64,000 nucleotides of DNA from an uncultured Gammaproteobacteria bacterium (lineage in GTDB: Bacteria; Patescibacteriota; Patescibacteriia; UBA1558; GWA2-36-10). The stretch lies in NCBI GenBank assembly GCA_964633905.1, contig CAZWIT010000002.1:128833-192832 (forward strand), in the 5' to 3' direction. The notes under the pieces are model-generated. The model was not told the DNA's origin, did not search any database, and saw only the letters and a program-made list of their open reading frames with translations. This document shows positions 28,412 through 37,677 of the stretch, piece by piece. The position numbers and the translations under genes were made by a program. Within the stretch, counting starts at the first letter, position 1. The number at the start of each line of letters is the position of its first letter.

Positions 28412-29452
28412 ATGAGATTGTTAATTTTAACACAAAAAGTAGATAAAAATGATGCTATTTTAGGCTTTTTTCAGGCTTGGATTTTAGAATTTGCTAAAAA
28501 TTGTGAGCAATTAATAATTATTTGTTTAGAAAAAGGCGAGTATGATTTACCGGCCAATGTTAAAGTTTTGTCTTTAGGTAAAGAAATAGCGCCGCAGCGT
28601 TTTAAATATATTTTTAATTTTTATAAATATATTTGGCAAGAACGTAAAAATTATGATAGCGTTTTTGTGCATATGAATGTTGAGTATGTAGTTTTGGGCG
28701 GACTATTATGGAAACTATTGGCTAAAAAAATAGCCTTATGGTATATGCATAAAAGTATAACTTTAAAATTAAAATTAGCCGTTAGTTTAAGCAATTATAT
28801 TTTTACTGGTACTAAAGAAAGTTTTCGTTTAGTTAGTAATAAATTAAAAATATTACATCATGGTATAGATAATAATCTCTTTATTTTTCAAGAAAAAGAA
28901 AAACATCTAGAATTAAGATTATTAACAGTTAGCAGAATTACAGCTATTAAGCAAATAGATTTGATACTTGAATCGCTAGCTGTGTTAAAACAAAAAATAA
29001 ATCGGCCAGTAGTTTTGAAAATAGTGGGTGAAGCAATTACAAAAAATGATAAAGTATATTTAGCAGATTTAAAATTAAAAGTTCATAAACTTGGTTTAGA
29101 TGATAGTATAGAATTTTTAGGTCCGCTGACTAATCAGCAAGTAGTTGATGTTTATCATTGGGCAGATATATTTTTAAATTTTTCTAAAACTGGCAGTCTT
29201 GATAAAGCAATTTTAGAAGCAATGAGTTGCGGGACATTGGTACTTAGTTCCAATGATGCTAGTCGTAGTTTTTTGCCAGCAGATTATTTTATTGATCAAT
29301 TAATGCCTGAGTTGATTGCGGAAAAAATTATAAATTTATCATTGTTAGCAGATGATGCTAGTAAAATTTTAGCAAGTCGATTGAGTAAGTATGTAAGTGA
29401 TAATCATAATTTAAATAAATTAATTTTTGAAATAGTATCCTTTTTAAAATAG
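28412..29452 (+). CDS. Glycosyltransferase family 4
   Basis: HGID, LLTVSRITAIKQ, SKTGSLDKAILEAMSCG. Confidence 0.9.
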   Translation: MRLLILTQKVDKNDAILGFFQAWILEFAKNCEQLIIICLEKGEYDLPANVKVLSLGKEIAPQRFKYIFNFYKYIWQERKNYDSVFVHMNVEYVVLGGLLWKLLAKKIALWYMHKSITLKLKLAVSLSNYIFTGTKESFRLVSNKLKILHHGIDNNLFIFQEKEKHLELRLLTVSRITAIKQIDLILESLAVLKQKINRPVVLKIVGEAITKNDKVYLADLKLKVHKLGLDDSIEFLGPLTNQQVVDVYHWADIFLNFSKTGSLDKAILEAMSCGTLVLSSNDASRSFLPADYFIDQLMPELIAEKIINLSLLADDASKILASRLSKYVSDNHNLNKLIFEIVSFLK

Positions 29453-29461
29453 TTATATAAT

Positions 29462-30103
29462 ATGGATTTATTAGAATTTGAAAATAAATTTTGGCAGCAA
29501 AATACGCAAGCAGAAACAATTAGGCATAGAGTAGCTGCCAGTATGATTGATAGTGCTAAAGTTTTGGATATTGGTTGTGGTGATGGCTTGTTTTTAAAAA
29601 TTTTAAAGAACAAAGGAATAGCAGCTTGTGGTTTGGATATTTCTACTATTTCTGTCGATAAATGTATAGCAGCCGGCTTAGAGGCTAGTGTCAGTGATTT
29701 TAGTGCGAATAAATTGCCATATAATGATAAAGAATTTGCCTTTGCTGTAATGTTAGATATTTTAGAACATTTATATAATCCAGATGAATTGTTACAAGAG
29801 GCAGCTCGGGTGGCTGATAATATTATTATCAGCGTGCCAAATTTTAATTCTTTGGCAGCTAGAATCCAAGTTTTGTTAGGTTTAGTGCCAGAAAATAATA
29901 TGCCTAGACAAGGGCACATTTATTGGTTTAATTATAAGAATCTAAAACAGATGATCAATAAACATAATTTAGAAATACAAGAGATAAAATGTAATTATAT
30001 TTGGGAAAACAAATTTTTATTTGCGCCTCTGATGAAATTATTAGGAAGAAATTTTCCCTCACTTTTTGCTTTATCTTTTATTGTTAAATTAAAAAATAAA
30101 TAG
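29462..30103 (+). CDS. Class I SAM-dependent methyltransferase (MetW-like)
   Basis: VLDIGCGDG, DILEHLYNP, IIISVPNF. Confidence 0.9.
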   Translation: MDLLEFENKFWQQNTQAETIRHRVAASMIDSAKVLDIGCGDGLFLKILKNKGIAACGLDISTISVDKCIAAGLEASVSDFSANKLPYNDKEFAFAVMLDILEHLYNPDELLQEAARVADNIIISVPNFNSLAARIQVLLGLVPENNMPRQGHIYWFNYKNLKQMINKHNLEIQEIKCNYIWENKFLFAPLMKLLGRNFPSLFALSFIVKLKNK

Positions 30104-30104
30104 T

Positions 30105-30845
30105 ATGAATAATTCAGAATTTCCTCAAAAATATTTTGGCCAAGTTGATAATGAGGTAGCCAAGCAGCAGGATATAAAAAATATTTCTCACCGCAAAAAA
30201 TTTGTAGAAATAATAAAGTCCTTGCCTCAGAATTGTACGGTTTTAGATGCTGGCTGTGGTTCGGGTAAATATTTAAAGTTTATTTTGGCCTATCGTCCAG
30301 ATATCAAAGTTTACGCTGTTGATATTAGCGATGTTAGTAATTATATGCCAGAACAGGTTAAATTCATCCAATGTTCAGTAGAGGATCTTGATCAGCATTT
30401 TGAGGAAAATACTTTTGATTTTATTGTCTCGGCCCATGTGATTGAACATCTGCTAACACCTATGAAGATGATGGCGGCTTGCAAAAAAGTCTTAAAGCCA
30501 GAAGGGCAATTATATATAGAGACACCTAATTGGGTAAGACTTTTTGTGCCTTGGTTGCCCCAATTTTTTTATAGTGACTATACCCATATTAGAGTTTTTT
30601 CTAAATATACTATGTTTTATTTATGTAAAGATTTTGACTTTGAAATTAAATTTTTAAAATCTTATAGTAGTACACCATTATGGATTAGTAGGGTAAATGT
30701 TTATGAAGCCATAGCACCAGTTCAAGAGACAAATAAAATAAAGACCAAGCCACTACCCATAAATTTGTTAAGTAAAATAATGACTCGTTTGTGGTCAATT
30801 GTTATTAAAGATATAATGATTTTAGTAGCAGTCAATAAAAAATAG
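30105..30845 (+). CDS. Class I SAM-dependent methyltransferase
   Basis: VLDAGCGSG, FDFIVSAHVIEHL, LKPEGQLYIETPN, DYTH. Confidence 0.9.
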   Translation: MNNSEFPQKYFGQVDNEVAKQQDIKNISHRKKFVEIIKSLPQNCTVLDAGCGSGKYLKFILAYRPDIKVYAVDISDVSNYMPEQVKFIQCSVEDLDQHFEENTFDFIVSAHVIEHLLTPMKMMAACKKVLKPEGQLYIETPNWVRLFVPWLPQFFYSDYTHIRVFSKYTMFYLCKDFDFEIKFLKSYSSTPLWISRVNVYEAIAPVQETNKIKTKPLPINLLSKIMTRLWSIVIKDIMILVAVNKK

Positions 30846-30846
30846 C

Positions 30847-31905
30847 ATGCAGAAAAAAAATTTTTATTTTATATCTTTCGGTTCCATTGGTGATTTTTTA
30901 ATGGATATTGTTTTAGCTGAAAATATCAGACAAGATGGTTTGCGACAAAAAGATGTTGATGTTAGATTATATATAATTATTCCTAAGCAAAATAATTTTT
31001 TGCAAGATATTATAAAATATTATGATTATATAGATTTGATAGTGCTTGATAATTTTAAAAAAAAGATATTGTTTTATTTTAAGAATTTTTATAAATTAAA
31101 TTTTATATTTACCGTGCCTACTTTCGGCAGTATGCCAATAGAGCTTAAAATATTTGGATTTTTAATAACCCGTAGCAAGGGCAGTAAATTTATTGGATTT
31201 AATGATAAAAGTGGTATTAATAAATATTTTTATGATAAGGAAATTATTTTTGATTATCATCAGCCTTATTATGAAAATTTATTAAAAATATTAGATTTTT
31301 TAAAAATTAATTATAGTAAGGAGCCTCCTTTTTTAGATATTGAAATTGATAGAAAATTAGTAGATAGTCAATTTACACAATATCTAGATAAGTCCTATGT
31401 TGTATTACATGTCTGTGGTAAAAATATTACTAGATCTTGGCCAGTTGATAATTGGGTAAAGTTTATTAATTATTTTCACCAAAATTATCCAGAACATAAT
31501 ATTATTATGACAGGCTCTAAACAAGATACTGATTTTATTAATCAAATAATTAATAATTTACCAGAAGCGGATTTTATAAAAGATTTTAGTGGGAAATTAA
31601 ATTTTAATGAGTTATTATTTTTATTAAAAAATTCCAAGTTATATATTGGCGTAGACACTGGCATTACCCATTTGGCTAGTCTCTTGCGTTTACCAAGTTT
31701 AGTGATTGGCAACCTATCAAATCCAACTTGGCTTTCATATTATAATCCACTGGTCACCATTTTATTTAATAAAGAGAATTGCACCTGTAAGGGTGATAAA
31801 AGTGGTAATTGTTATTATTTTATAGATGACAAAAAATATTATCGTTGTATGATGGATATAAAATTTGACGATGTAATAAATAGTTTAAAAAAATATTTAA
31901 ATTAA
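30847..31905 (+). CDS. Glycosyltransferase family 9 (heptosyltransferase-like)
   Basis: GSIGDFLM, RSWPVDNW, IGVDTGITHLASLL, C-terminal Cys cluster C.C...C...CM. Confidence 0.88.
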   Translation: MQKKNFYFISFGSIGDFLMDIVLAENIRQDGLRQKDVDVRLYIIIPKQNNFLQDIIKYYDYIDLIVLDNFKKKILFYFKNFYKLNFIFTVPTFGSMPIELKIFGFLITRSKGSKFIGFNDKSGINKYFYDKEIIFDYHQPYYENLLKILDFLKINYSKEPPFLDIEIDRKLVDSQFTQYLDKSYVVLHVCGKNITRSWPVDNWVKFINYFHQNYPEHNIIMTGSKQDTDFINQIINNLPEADFIKDFSGKLNFNELLFLLKNSKLYIGVDTGITHLASLLRLPSLVIGNLSNPTWLSYYNPLVTILFNKENCTCKGDKSGNCYYFIDDKKYYRCMMDIKFDDVINSLKKYLN

Positions 31906-31919
31906 GTTATTAAAAATTT

Positions 31920-32519
31920 ATGAAAAAATATGCACCTTTAATCTATAATCCTGACAAAATAATATCTAAGAATGCTTTGGCTGAATTTGAGAAAATTTTA
32001 GATATTGGTTGTGGCCCCAACAAAGTAGAAGGCGCTACGGGTATTGATAGTATTAAAAGTCCAGGCGTAGATGTAGTTTGGGATTTGGATCAATATCCTT
32101 GGCCTTTTCCGGATAATCATTTTAATCTTATTATTTCTAACCATGCTTTTGAGCATTTGACAGACCTAGTGAAAGTTATCACTGAGTGTTATCGTATTTT
32201 AGGGCCAGAAGGTAGATTAATTGTTAATGTGCCTTATTTTAGAGATAGAGATGCCTTTGGTGATCTTACTCATAAACATTTTTTTACAGTCCGATCTTTT
32301 GATCATTTTGTTAAAGGTACAAAAGCTAGCCGTTATAAATACGCTAATGTAGATATGGAGCTAGTTGATATTTACTTAGGTTGGCCTAGTGTTAGCAAAA
32401 ATAAAATACGCAACATATTAAAAAAATTTATCAACGGGCATAAAGATTTTTATGAGAAAAAGTTATCTTATTTCTATCCGGTTAGAAATATAGTTTATGA
32501 GTTGCTTATAAAAAAATAA
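31920..32519 (+). CDS. Methyltransferase type 11-like protein
   Basis: LDIGCG, DVVWDLDQYPWPF, HAFEHL, YRILGPEG, DLTHKHFF. Confidence 0.88.
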   Translation: MKKYAPLIYNPDKIISKNALAEFEKILDIGCGPNKVEGATGIDSIKSPGVDVVWDLDQYPWPFPDNHFNLIISNHAFEHLTDLVKVITECYRILGPEGRLIVNVPYFRDRDAFGDLTHKHFFTVRSFDHFVKGTKASRYKYANVDMELVDIYLGWPSVSKNKIRNILKKFINGHKDFYEKKLSYFYPVRNIVYELLIKK

Positions 32520-32530
32520 ATTTTTTAGGA

Positions 32531-33772
32531 CTATATTTTTTTAAAATAATATCTCAACAGAAAACCATTGAGTAGTAATTGGATAATAGTAGCTAAAATG
32601 GCTCCTTTGATTTGAAAAAGGGGAACAAAAATTAACATTAAAACTATTTGTAGAATTGGTCCAATAGTATTGATAATGTATAAAAATTTTGTTTTATATT
32701 GAGTTTGAATTGCCAGTAGCAATAAATTTTGGGGATAAAAAAGTAAAATTAAAGAATATAATTGTGAGTAAAAAACAGAGTCTAAATAAGCGGGAAAAAA
32801 TATTTTATAGATTGTAGGTGCAGCTAGCCAGTATATTATTATAATAAAAAATAAAACAAAATATAATCGAGATATTTTTTTTGGTAAATTTTCTTGTATT
32901 TCTAAATTATTTTGTTGGCTTATTTTTGGTAGAGCTAAGGTGCCTAAATTTTGTAAGTAGCCTTTAATATGAATAATTGGTGATATTGATAAAGCATAAA
33001 TGGCTAACTGCACTGGTCCTAAAAAATGCCATAAGATTAATTTATCGGCATTGCTAGCAAGAGCTCCCAGGACACCCATAAAGCTTAAATGTTTGCCGTA
33101 TTTTATGGTTTCTGAATCTTTTAGTTTATTTGCTTTATATTTTTTGACTGTTAAAATGAAAAATAAAATAGACAGTAAAGTATTAATAAAAAGATGGGCA
33201 ATGATAATACTAATTAAACTATGAAATTTTGTTATTATTAAGGTAATAAAAAGCAGATAAACAGTCACACGAATCATTTTGTAGATACTGGATGTTTTAA
33301 AAAGTTTTTTAGCATTTAGGATAGCCGCATAGACATCAAAACTTTCTAGCAGCGGAAAAAATAGAGCACAGATTAAAAATATTTTAGCAAAATCAGTATT
33401 ATTTTTATATTGATAATAGCCAGCAATAAAAATAAAAATTAAACTTGCCAACAGACTCCACTTAAGTTTAGTTTTTATAATATCATATATAGAGCCTTCT
33501 TGATTTTTGGCAATTGCCTGGATTAAGGCAGTATTTAGACCGGGTAGATTAAAGATAGTTAAAATAGCAATAATAGAAGCTACATATTGATAGCTACCAT
33601 AGGTTGTTTTACTTAAAAAATTAGCAAAAATAATAGTAATAAGGAATGCTACTATAACTCCGATGGTTTGGCTAAAAATTAACCAAAATCCGCCTTGAGC
33701 TAAATACACCATATCAGTTTTGGTGTATTTTTCACTCCAGCGCAAGAGATTGTATAATTTATTTTTAAGCAT
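32531..33772 (-). CDS. Oligosaccharide flippase (Wzx/MurJ-like)
   Basis: Multiple TM; FANFLSKTTYGSYQY, ADKLILWHFLGPVQLAIY, VPLFQIKGAILA. Confidence 0.88.
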   Translation of the reverse strand: MLKNKLYNLLRWSEKYTKTDMVYLAQGGFWLIFSQTIGVIVAFLITIIFANFLSKTTYGSYQYVASIIAILTIFNLPGLNTALIQAIAKNQEGSIYDIIKTKLKWSLLASLIFIFIAGYYQYKNNTDFAKIFLICALFFPLLESFDVYAAILNAKKLFKTSSIYKMIRVTVYLLFITLIITKFHSLISIIIAHLFINTLLSILFFILTVKKYKANKLKDSETIKYGKHLSFMGVLGALASNADKLILWHFLGPVQLAIYALSISPIIHIKGYLQNLGTLALPKISQQNNLEIQENLPKKISRLYFVLFFIIIIYWLAAPTIYKIFFPAYLDSVFYSQLYSLILLFYPQNLLLLAIQTQYKTKFLYIINTIGPILQIVLMLIFVPLFQIKGAILATIIQLLLNGFLLRYYFKKI

Positions 33773-35136
33773 TAGCGTCCTAAAGCCATGTTAAAGACGG
33801 CGTTGATAGTTTTTAAAATAATAGAAATATCTAAGATAATTGATTGATTTTTAATATAAAATAGATCATATTGCAACTTTTCTTTAGCATCAACCACCGA
33901 AGAGCTGTAAGGATAATTAATTTGTGCCCAACCAGTTAAGCCCGGTTTAATAATGTGTCTTTCGTTGTAAAATGGCACTGCTTGGCTTAATTGTTCAACA
34001 AATTCGGGACGTTCAGGGCGTGGTCCTACAAAACTCATGTGGCCAATTAAAATATTTAGAAATTGAGGTATTTCATCAAGACGTAAGCGTCGCATAAATT
34101 TACCAACTTTAGTAATGCGAGTATCATTTGGTTGTGACCAGACAGCTCCATTTTTCTCAGCATCTACTATCATAGAGCGAAATTTATAAACTTTAAATTT
34201 TTTACCTAAATAGCCAACGCGTATTTGTTTGTAGATAATCGGGCCAGGGGATTCGATTTTAAGAGCAATGATTATCAGAGGAATTATTAGTAAGGATAAT
34301 ATTCCAAACACTAGAGCAAAGATAATATCGATTACTCTTTTGGCTATTGGAAAAGTGCGGTTGTTTTTTTGAGTGATATTTTCTAAAAACCAAATTTTTT
34401 CTAAAGCAAGCAAAGGAATTTTTCCGGTAATTTTTTCGTAAAAATTAGTTAGGTTATAATATTGGATTTTAAGATCCAGGCTATCAAATAAGGCGCGGGC
34501 AATTTCAGGACTGTAACTTGGGTTATTAAGATTTACTACGGTATTTATTTTGTGCTGACGTAGTTTATTTTTTAACTCAGTAATATCTTTAATACTAGGT
34601 ATAATTTGAAATTTTTCTGGTAAGGGGGAATGGTCAGGGTTAACTATTAGTCTTATTTTGTAGCCTAATTGTGGTTTACTGATAATTTCCTCAATTAATG
34701 ATAATGATTCTGGGCTAACTCCAATTAAGGCCAGATTATTACCCAGGGTAGTACTAGAATTTATTTGGTAGAAAAATTTTCGCCATAAAAAAAATAAAAT
34801 TGCAAAAACAGCAATTAATATCAATAATATAGTTTGTGGTTTTAGATCACTAAAGCGTCCAAAGATTAAATAAAAAAATAAAACAGCCAGTAAGGCGTTA
34901 ATAGCTATATTTTTGGCTATTTGCCCATAAAATTTAAAGTCATTACGAGCTTTATCAAAGTCATAAAGACCGTTAATAAAAAATACCAAGATCCAAACCA
35001 GAAAAATAATACTAAAAGGTATTAAGTGTTTTTGCCAAATAGCATTAGACCAATGACCATAGCGCATCCATAGAGTTAGACCTAAACTAATATATAATAT
35101 AACAATGTCTCCCAAACAGAGGCTAAGTTTTTTCAT
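33772..35136 (-). CDS. Priming polyprenyl glycosylphosphotransferase (WcaJ/WbaP/CpsE family)
   Basis: N-terminal TMs; KRVIDI, SPGPIIYKQ.RVG, YKFRSM, RLDEIPQ, SFVGPRPERP, KPGLTGWAQIN. Confidence 0.95.
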   Translation of the reverse strand: MKKLSLCLGDIVILYISLGLTLWMRYGHWSNAIWQKHLIPFSIIFLVWILVFFINGLYDFDKARNDFKFYGQIAKNIAINALLAVLFFYLIFGRFSDLKPQTILLILIAVFAILFFLWRKFFYQINSSTTLGNNLALIGVSPESLSLIEEIISKPQLGYKIRLIVNPDHSPLPEKFQIIPSIKDITELKNKLRQHKINTVVNLNNPSYSPEIARALFDSLDLKIQYYNLTNFYEKITGKIPLLALEKIWFLENITQKNNRTFPIAKRVIDIIFALVFGILSLLIIPLIIIALKIESPGPIIYKQIRVGYLGKKFKVYKFRSMIVDAEKNGAVWSQPNDTRITKVGKFMRRLRLDEIPQFLNILIGHMSFVGPRPERPEFVEQLSQAVPFYNERHIIKPGLTGWAQINYPYSSSVVDAKEKLQYDLFYIKNQSIILDISIILKTINAVFNMALGR

Positions 35137-35162
35137 GGGTTTATTTTAAAAATATATTTGAT

Positions 35163-35192
35163 ATTATACTATAAATAAGCCATTTTTGTCAA
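35163..35192 (-). promoter_or_regulatory. Housekeeping promoter for priming transferase/flippase operon
   Basis: TTGACA-N18-TATAAT on minus strand, ending ~26 nt before ATG 35136. Confidence 0.6.
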
Positions 35193-35313
35193 TAAAAACG
35201 GCTTTATTTTTTTAAATTAGACTTGTTTATTTATCAAAATAAAGTATAATTTAGGAAATGCATAAGATTAACTTTTGTTTATACAAATATTTTAAAAAAT
35301 AAAATAAATATTT

Positions 35314-37503
35314 ATGAAAATCAATTGGCCACGTTTAAGAAATATTGATGACTTTCTTAATTTAATTATTAAAATTTGTTTAGTTTTAGTATTTATTACT
35401 CCTTTGGTTGCCCCAATTTTTTCTAGGCAACTTGAGAGTTTTAATTATTATTTCCCTTTTATTGTCCCGCGTAATATATACTGGCGTTTTTTGGTAGAAC
35501 TTGCTTTGACTTCTTATTTATTTTTAGCCTTGCATCATAAAATAGCTAAACCACAATTAAATAAGGCTTATACTTTTTTTATTTTATTTGTAATATCTTT
35601 ATTTATTTCTAGTTTGTTAGCTCAAAATTTTGTTTTTAGTTTCTGGAGTAATTATGAGCGTATGGATGGTCTAGTAAATTGGCTACACTTGCTGGCTTAT
35701 GTTTTTGTTTTAGCCGCCTATTTAGGCAAGCATAAAAAGTCATGGCAGTTGTTAATGAAGGTTTCTATTTTGATTGCTGTATTGGTCGCTTTGCATGCTT
35801 TAGGGCAAAGATTAGGTCTAACTTGGTTAATTGCTTCTTCGGGCGGCGCTAGATTAGCTGCTACTTTAGGCAATGCTGCTTATGTTGGCTCTTATTTATT
35901 TTTACATTTAGTAATTTTAAGCTATTTATTTATTTTAAATATTAGATCAGGCAAATTATGGTCCTTAAGTAGCTGGGCTTATTTTTTTAGTGCGATATTA
36001 TTTATTTACGTTTTAGTGGCTACTAATACCAGAGGACCATTTTTGGCTTTAATGTTTTTTGTGTTTTTTATGGCCCTGGCTTATTTGTGGTTTCAGCGTA
36101 AATCACGCCATCGTTTTTATTATGTGGTAGCAGGGCTATTGTGTTTAATGATATTTTTTGTAGCTTTATTATTTATTCAAAAACAGAGTACTTGGGTAAA
36201 AGCAGTGCCTTTGTTTGAAAAGATATCTAGCATATCTTTGAGCGATACTAGCACTCAGTCACGTTTATTGATTTGGGGCGAGAGCTTAAAAGCTTTTAAA
36301 GAAAAACCAATTTTTGGTTGGGGCGAAGAAAATTTTATTTATGCTTTTAATAAATATTTCCCAACTAAGATTTATCATGGCGCTGGTTCAGAAACCTGGT
36401 TTGATCGGCCACATAATATCTTGGTGCAGCATTTAATCCACGGCGGTCTACTGGCAGTTTCTCTTTATTTGGCAATATTTATTTATTTGATTATTCTTTT
36501 ATACAAAGAATATAAAAAAGATCATGATTGGCTAATTAATTTTTTGTGGATTGGCTTTTTGCTTAGTTTCTTGCTACAAGATTTATTTATTTTTGATAAT
36601 TTGAGCGTCAGCGTAGTTTTTTATCTATTATTAGCCTTTTTAATAGCAACTTTGGGTAATGAAGCAGGCGGTTTTTGGTCTAGAACTAGCGCATTATTTA
36701 GCAAAATAAAAATTAGGAGAACTCATTATAAAATTTTGCCTTTTATTTTATTATTTTTATTTCTCTGGTCTTTGCAGGAAATGATCTATAAACCGTTGTT
36801 AAGTAATAAAATTTTAGTTAATACTTTACGTGACTCCTATTTAGCGAGTAGTGCCGATGATTTTACTAAATTACAAGCAGATTGGGAGCGCTCAGTTAAT
36901 TTGACTAGCTTAGGGGACAAGGAAAAAGTCGAAGTTTTATTACAGATGTTTCAAAGTGTTTTAAATAATAAACAGGCCACTGATCAAGATAAGAGAAACT
37001 TTTTTGCCTTATTGGGTAATAATTTTGAAGAAGTAGCTGCAAAATATCCAGATGATATTAGGTTTAATATGATTTTGTCTTCTTTTTATGCTAACTTGAT
37101 GCAAGTAGAGCCAGTTTTTGCTCAAAAAAATGTTGCCCTTTTAGAGCGTTTAGAAGCTTATGCTCCTAAGCGACCAGATATCAAGATGTCTTTAACGGGC
37201 GCTTATTTACAACTTGGTAATTTAGAAGGAGCTAAAAAAGTAGCAATTGCTGCTAAAGATTTGGTGCCAGATGTGAGAGAAGTATATTGGAATTTAGTTT
37301 ATGTTTATGTTCAAGAAAAGAATCTTAGTGAATTAGATATATCTTTAAAGAAGATTATAGTTTTAAATATGCAGATTGAGGGTATTGCTCTGAGCCAAGA
37401 AGATGTGATGAGGTTGAATTATATTTTATCTAGAGTTGATCAGAAAAAAGATCCAGAATTATATAAAGTTTTGAATAATTTTTTACCAGCTAGTCAGGAA
37501 TAA
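35314..37503 (+). CDS. O-antigen ligase/Wzy_C-family polytopic oligosaccharyltransferase with C-terminal TPR-like region
   Basis: SFWSNYERMDG, RLAATLGNAAYVG, TNTRG, SRLLIW..KPIFGWGEENF, FDRPHN; C-terminal helical repeats. Confidence 0.88.
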   Translation: MKINWPRLRNIDDFLNLIIKICLVLVFITPLVAPIFSRQLESFNYYFPFIVPRNIYWRFLVELALTSYLFLALHHKIAKPQLNKAYTFFILFVISLFISSLLAQNFVFSFWSNYERMDGLVNWLHLLAYVFVLAAYLGKHKKSWQLLMKVSILIAVLVALHALGQRLGLTWLIASSGGARLAATLGNAAYVGSYLFLHLVILSYLFILNIRSGKLWSLSSWAYFFSAILFIYVLVATNTRGPFLALMFFVFFMALAYLWFQRKSRHRFYYVVAGLLCLMIFFVALLFIQKQSTWVKAVPLFEKISSISLSDTSTQSRLLIWGESLKAFKEKPIFGWGEENFIYAFNKYFPTKIYHGAGSETWFDRPHNILVQHLIHGGLLAVSLYLAIFIYLIILLYKEYKKDHDWLINFLWIGFLLSFLLQDLFIFDNLSVSVVFYLLLAFLIATLGNEAGGFWSRTSALFSKIKIRRTHYKILPFILLFLFLWSLQEMIYKPLLSNKILVNTLRDSYLASSADDFTKLQADWERSVNLTSLGDKEKVEVLLQMFQSVLNNKQATDQDKRNFFALLGNNFEEVAAKYPDDIRFNMILSSFYANLMQVEPVFAQKNVALLERLEAYAPKRPDIKMSLTGAYLQLGNLEGAKKVAIAAKDLVPDVREVYWNLVYVYVQEKNLSELDISLKKIIVLNMQIEGIALSQEDVMRLNYILSRVDQKKDPELYKVLNNFLPASQE

Positions 37504-37528
37504 TGGTTTAATTTTTTATCATCTTATT

Positions 37529-37562
37529 AGAGCAGCCTTGTGCATAGGCTGCTCTTTGTTTT
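37529..37562 (+). terminator. Intrinsic terminator
   Basis: agagcagcct-(7 nt)-aggctgctct followed by ttgtttt. Confidence 0.78.
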
Positions 37563-37575
37563 AGGTAGCAAAATA

Positions 37576-37584
37576 TGTTATAAT
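37576..37584 (+). promoter_or_regulatory. Extended -10 promoter of che-pil operon
   Basis: TGTTATAAT after terminator, ~95 nt before MCP start. Confidence 0.55.
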
Positions 37585-37586
37585 AA

Positions 37587-37643
37587 ACCCTGTTAAATGC
37601 CACGCAGTGGCAGTCCCGTTAAGGCGGGACTATTTAACAGGGT
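37587..37643. mobile_element. 57-bp MITE-like element
   Basis: 12-bp terminal inverted repeats accctgttaaat / atttaacagggt, two internal hairpins (tgccac..gtggca; agtcccg..cgggact), TAAA on both flanks. Confidence 0.7.
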
Positions 37644-37677
37644 AAAAGGGTTATAAAAAGCAAAAACAAAAATTAAA

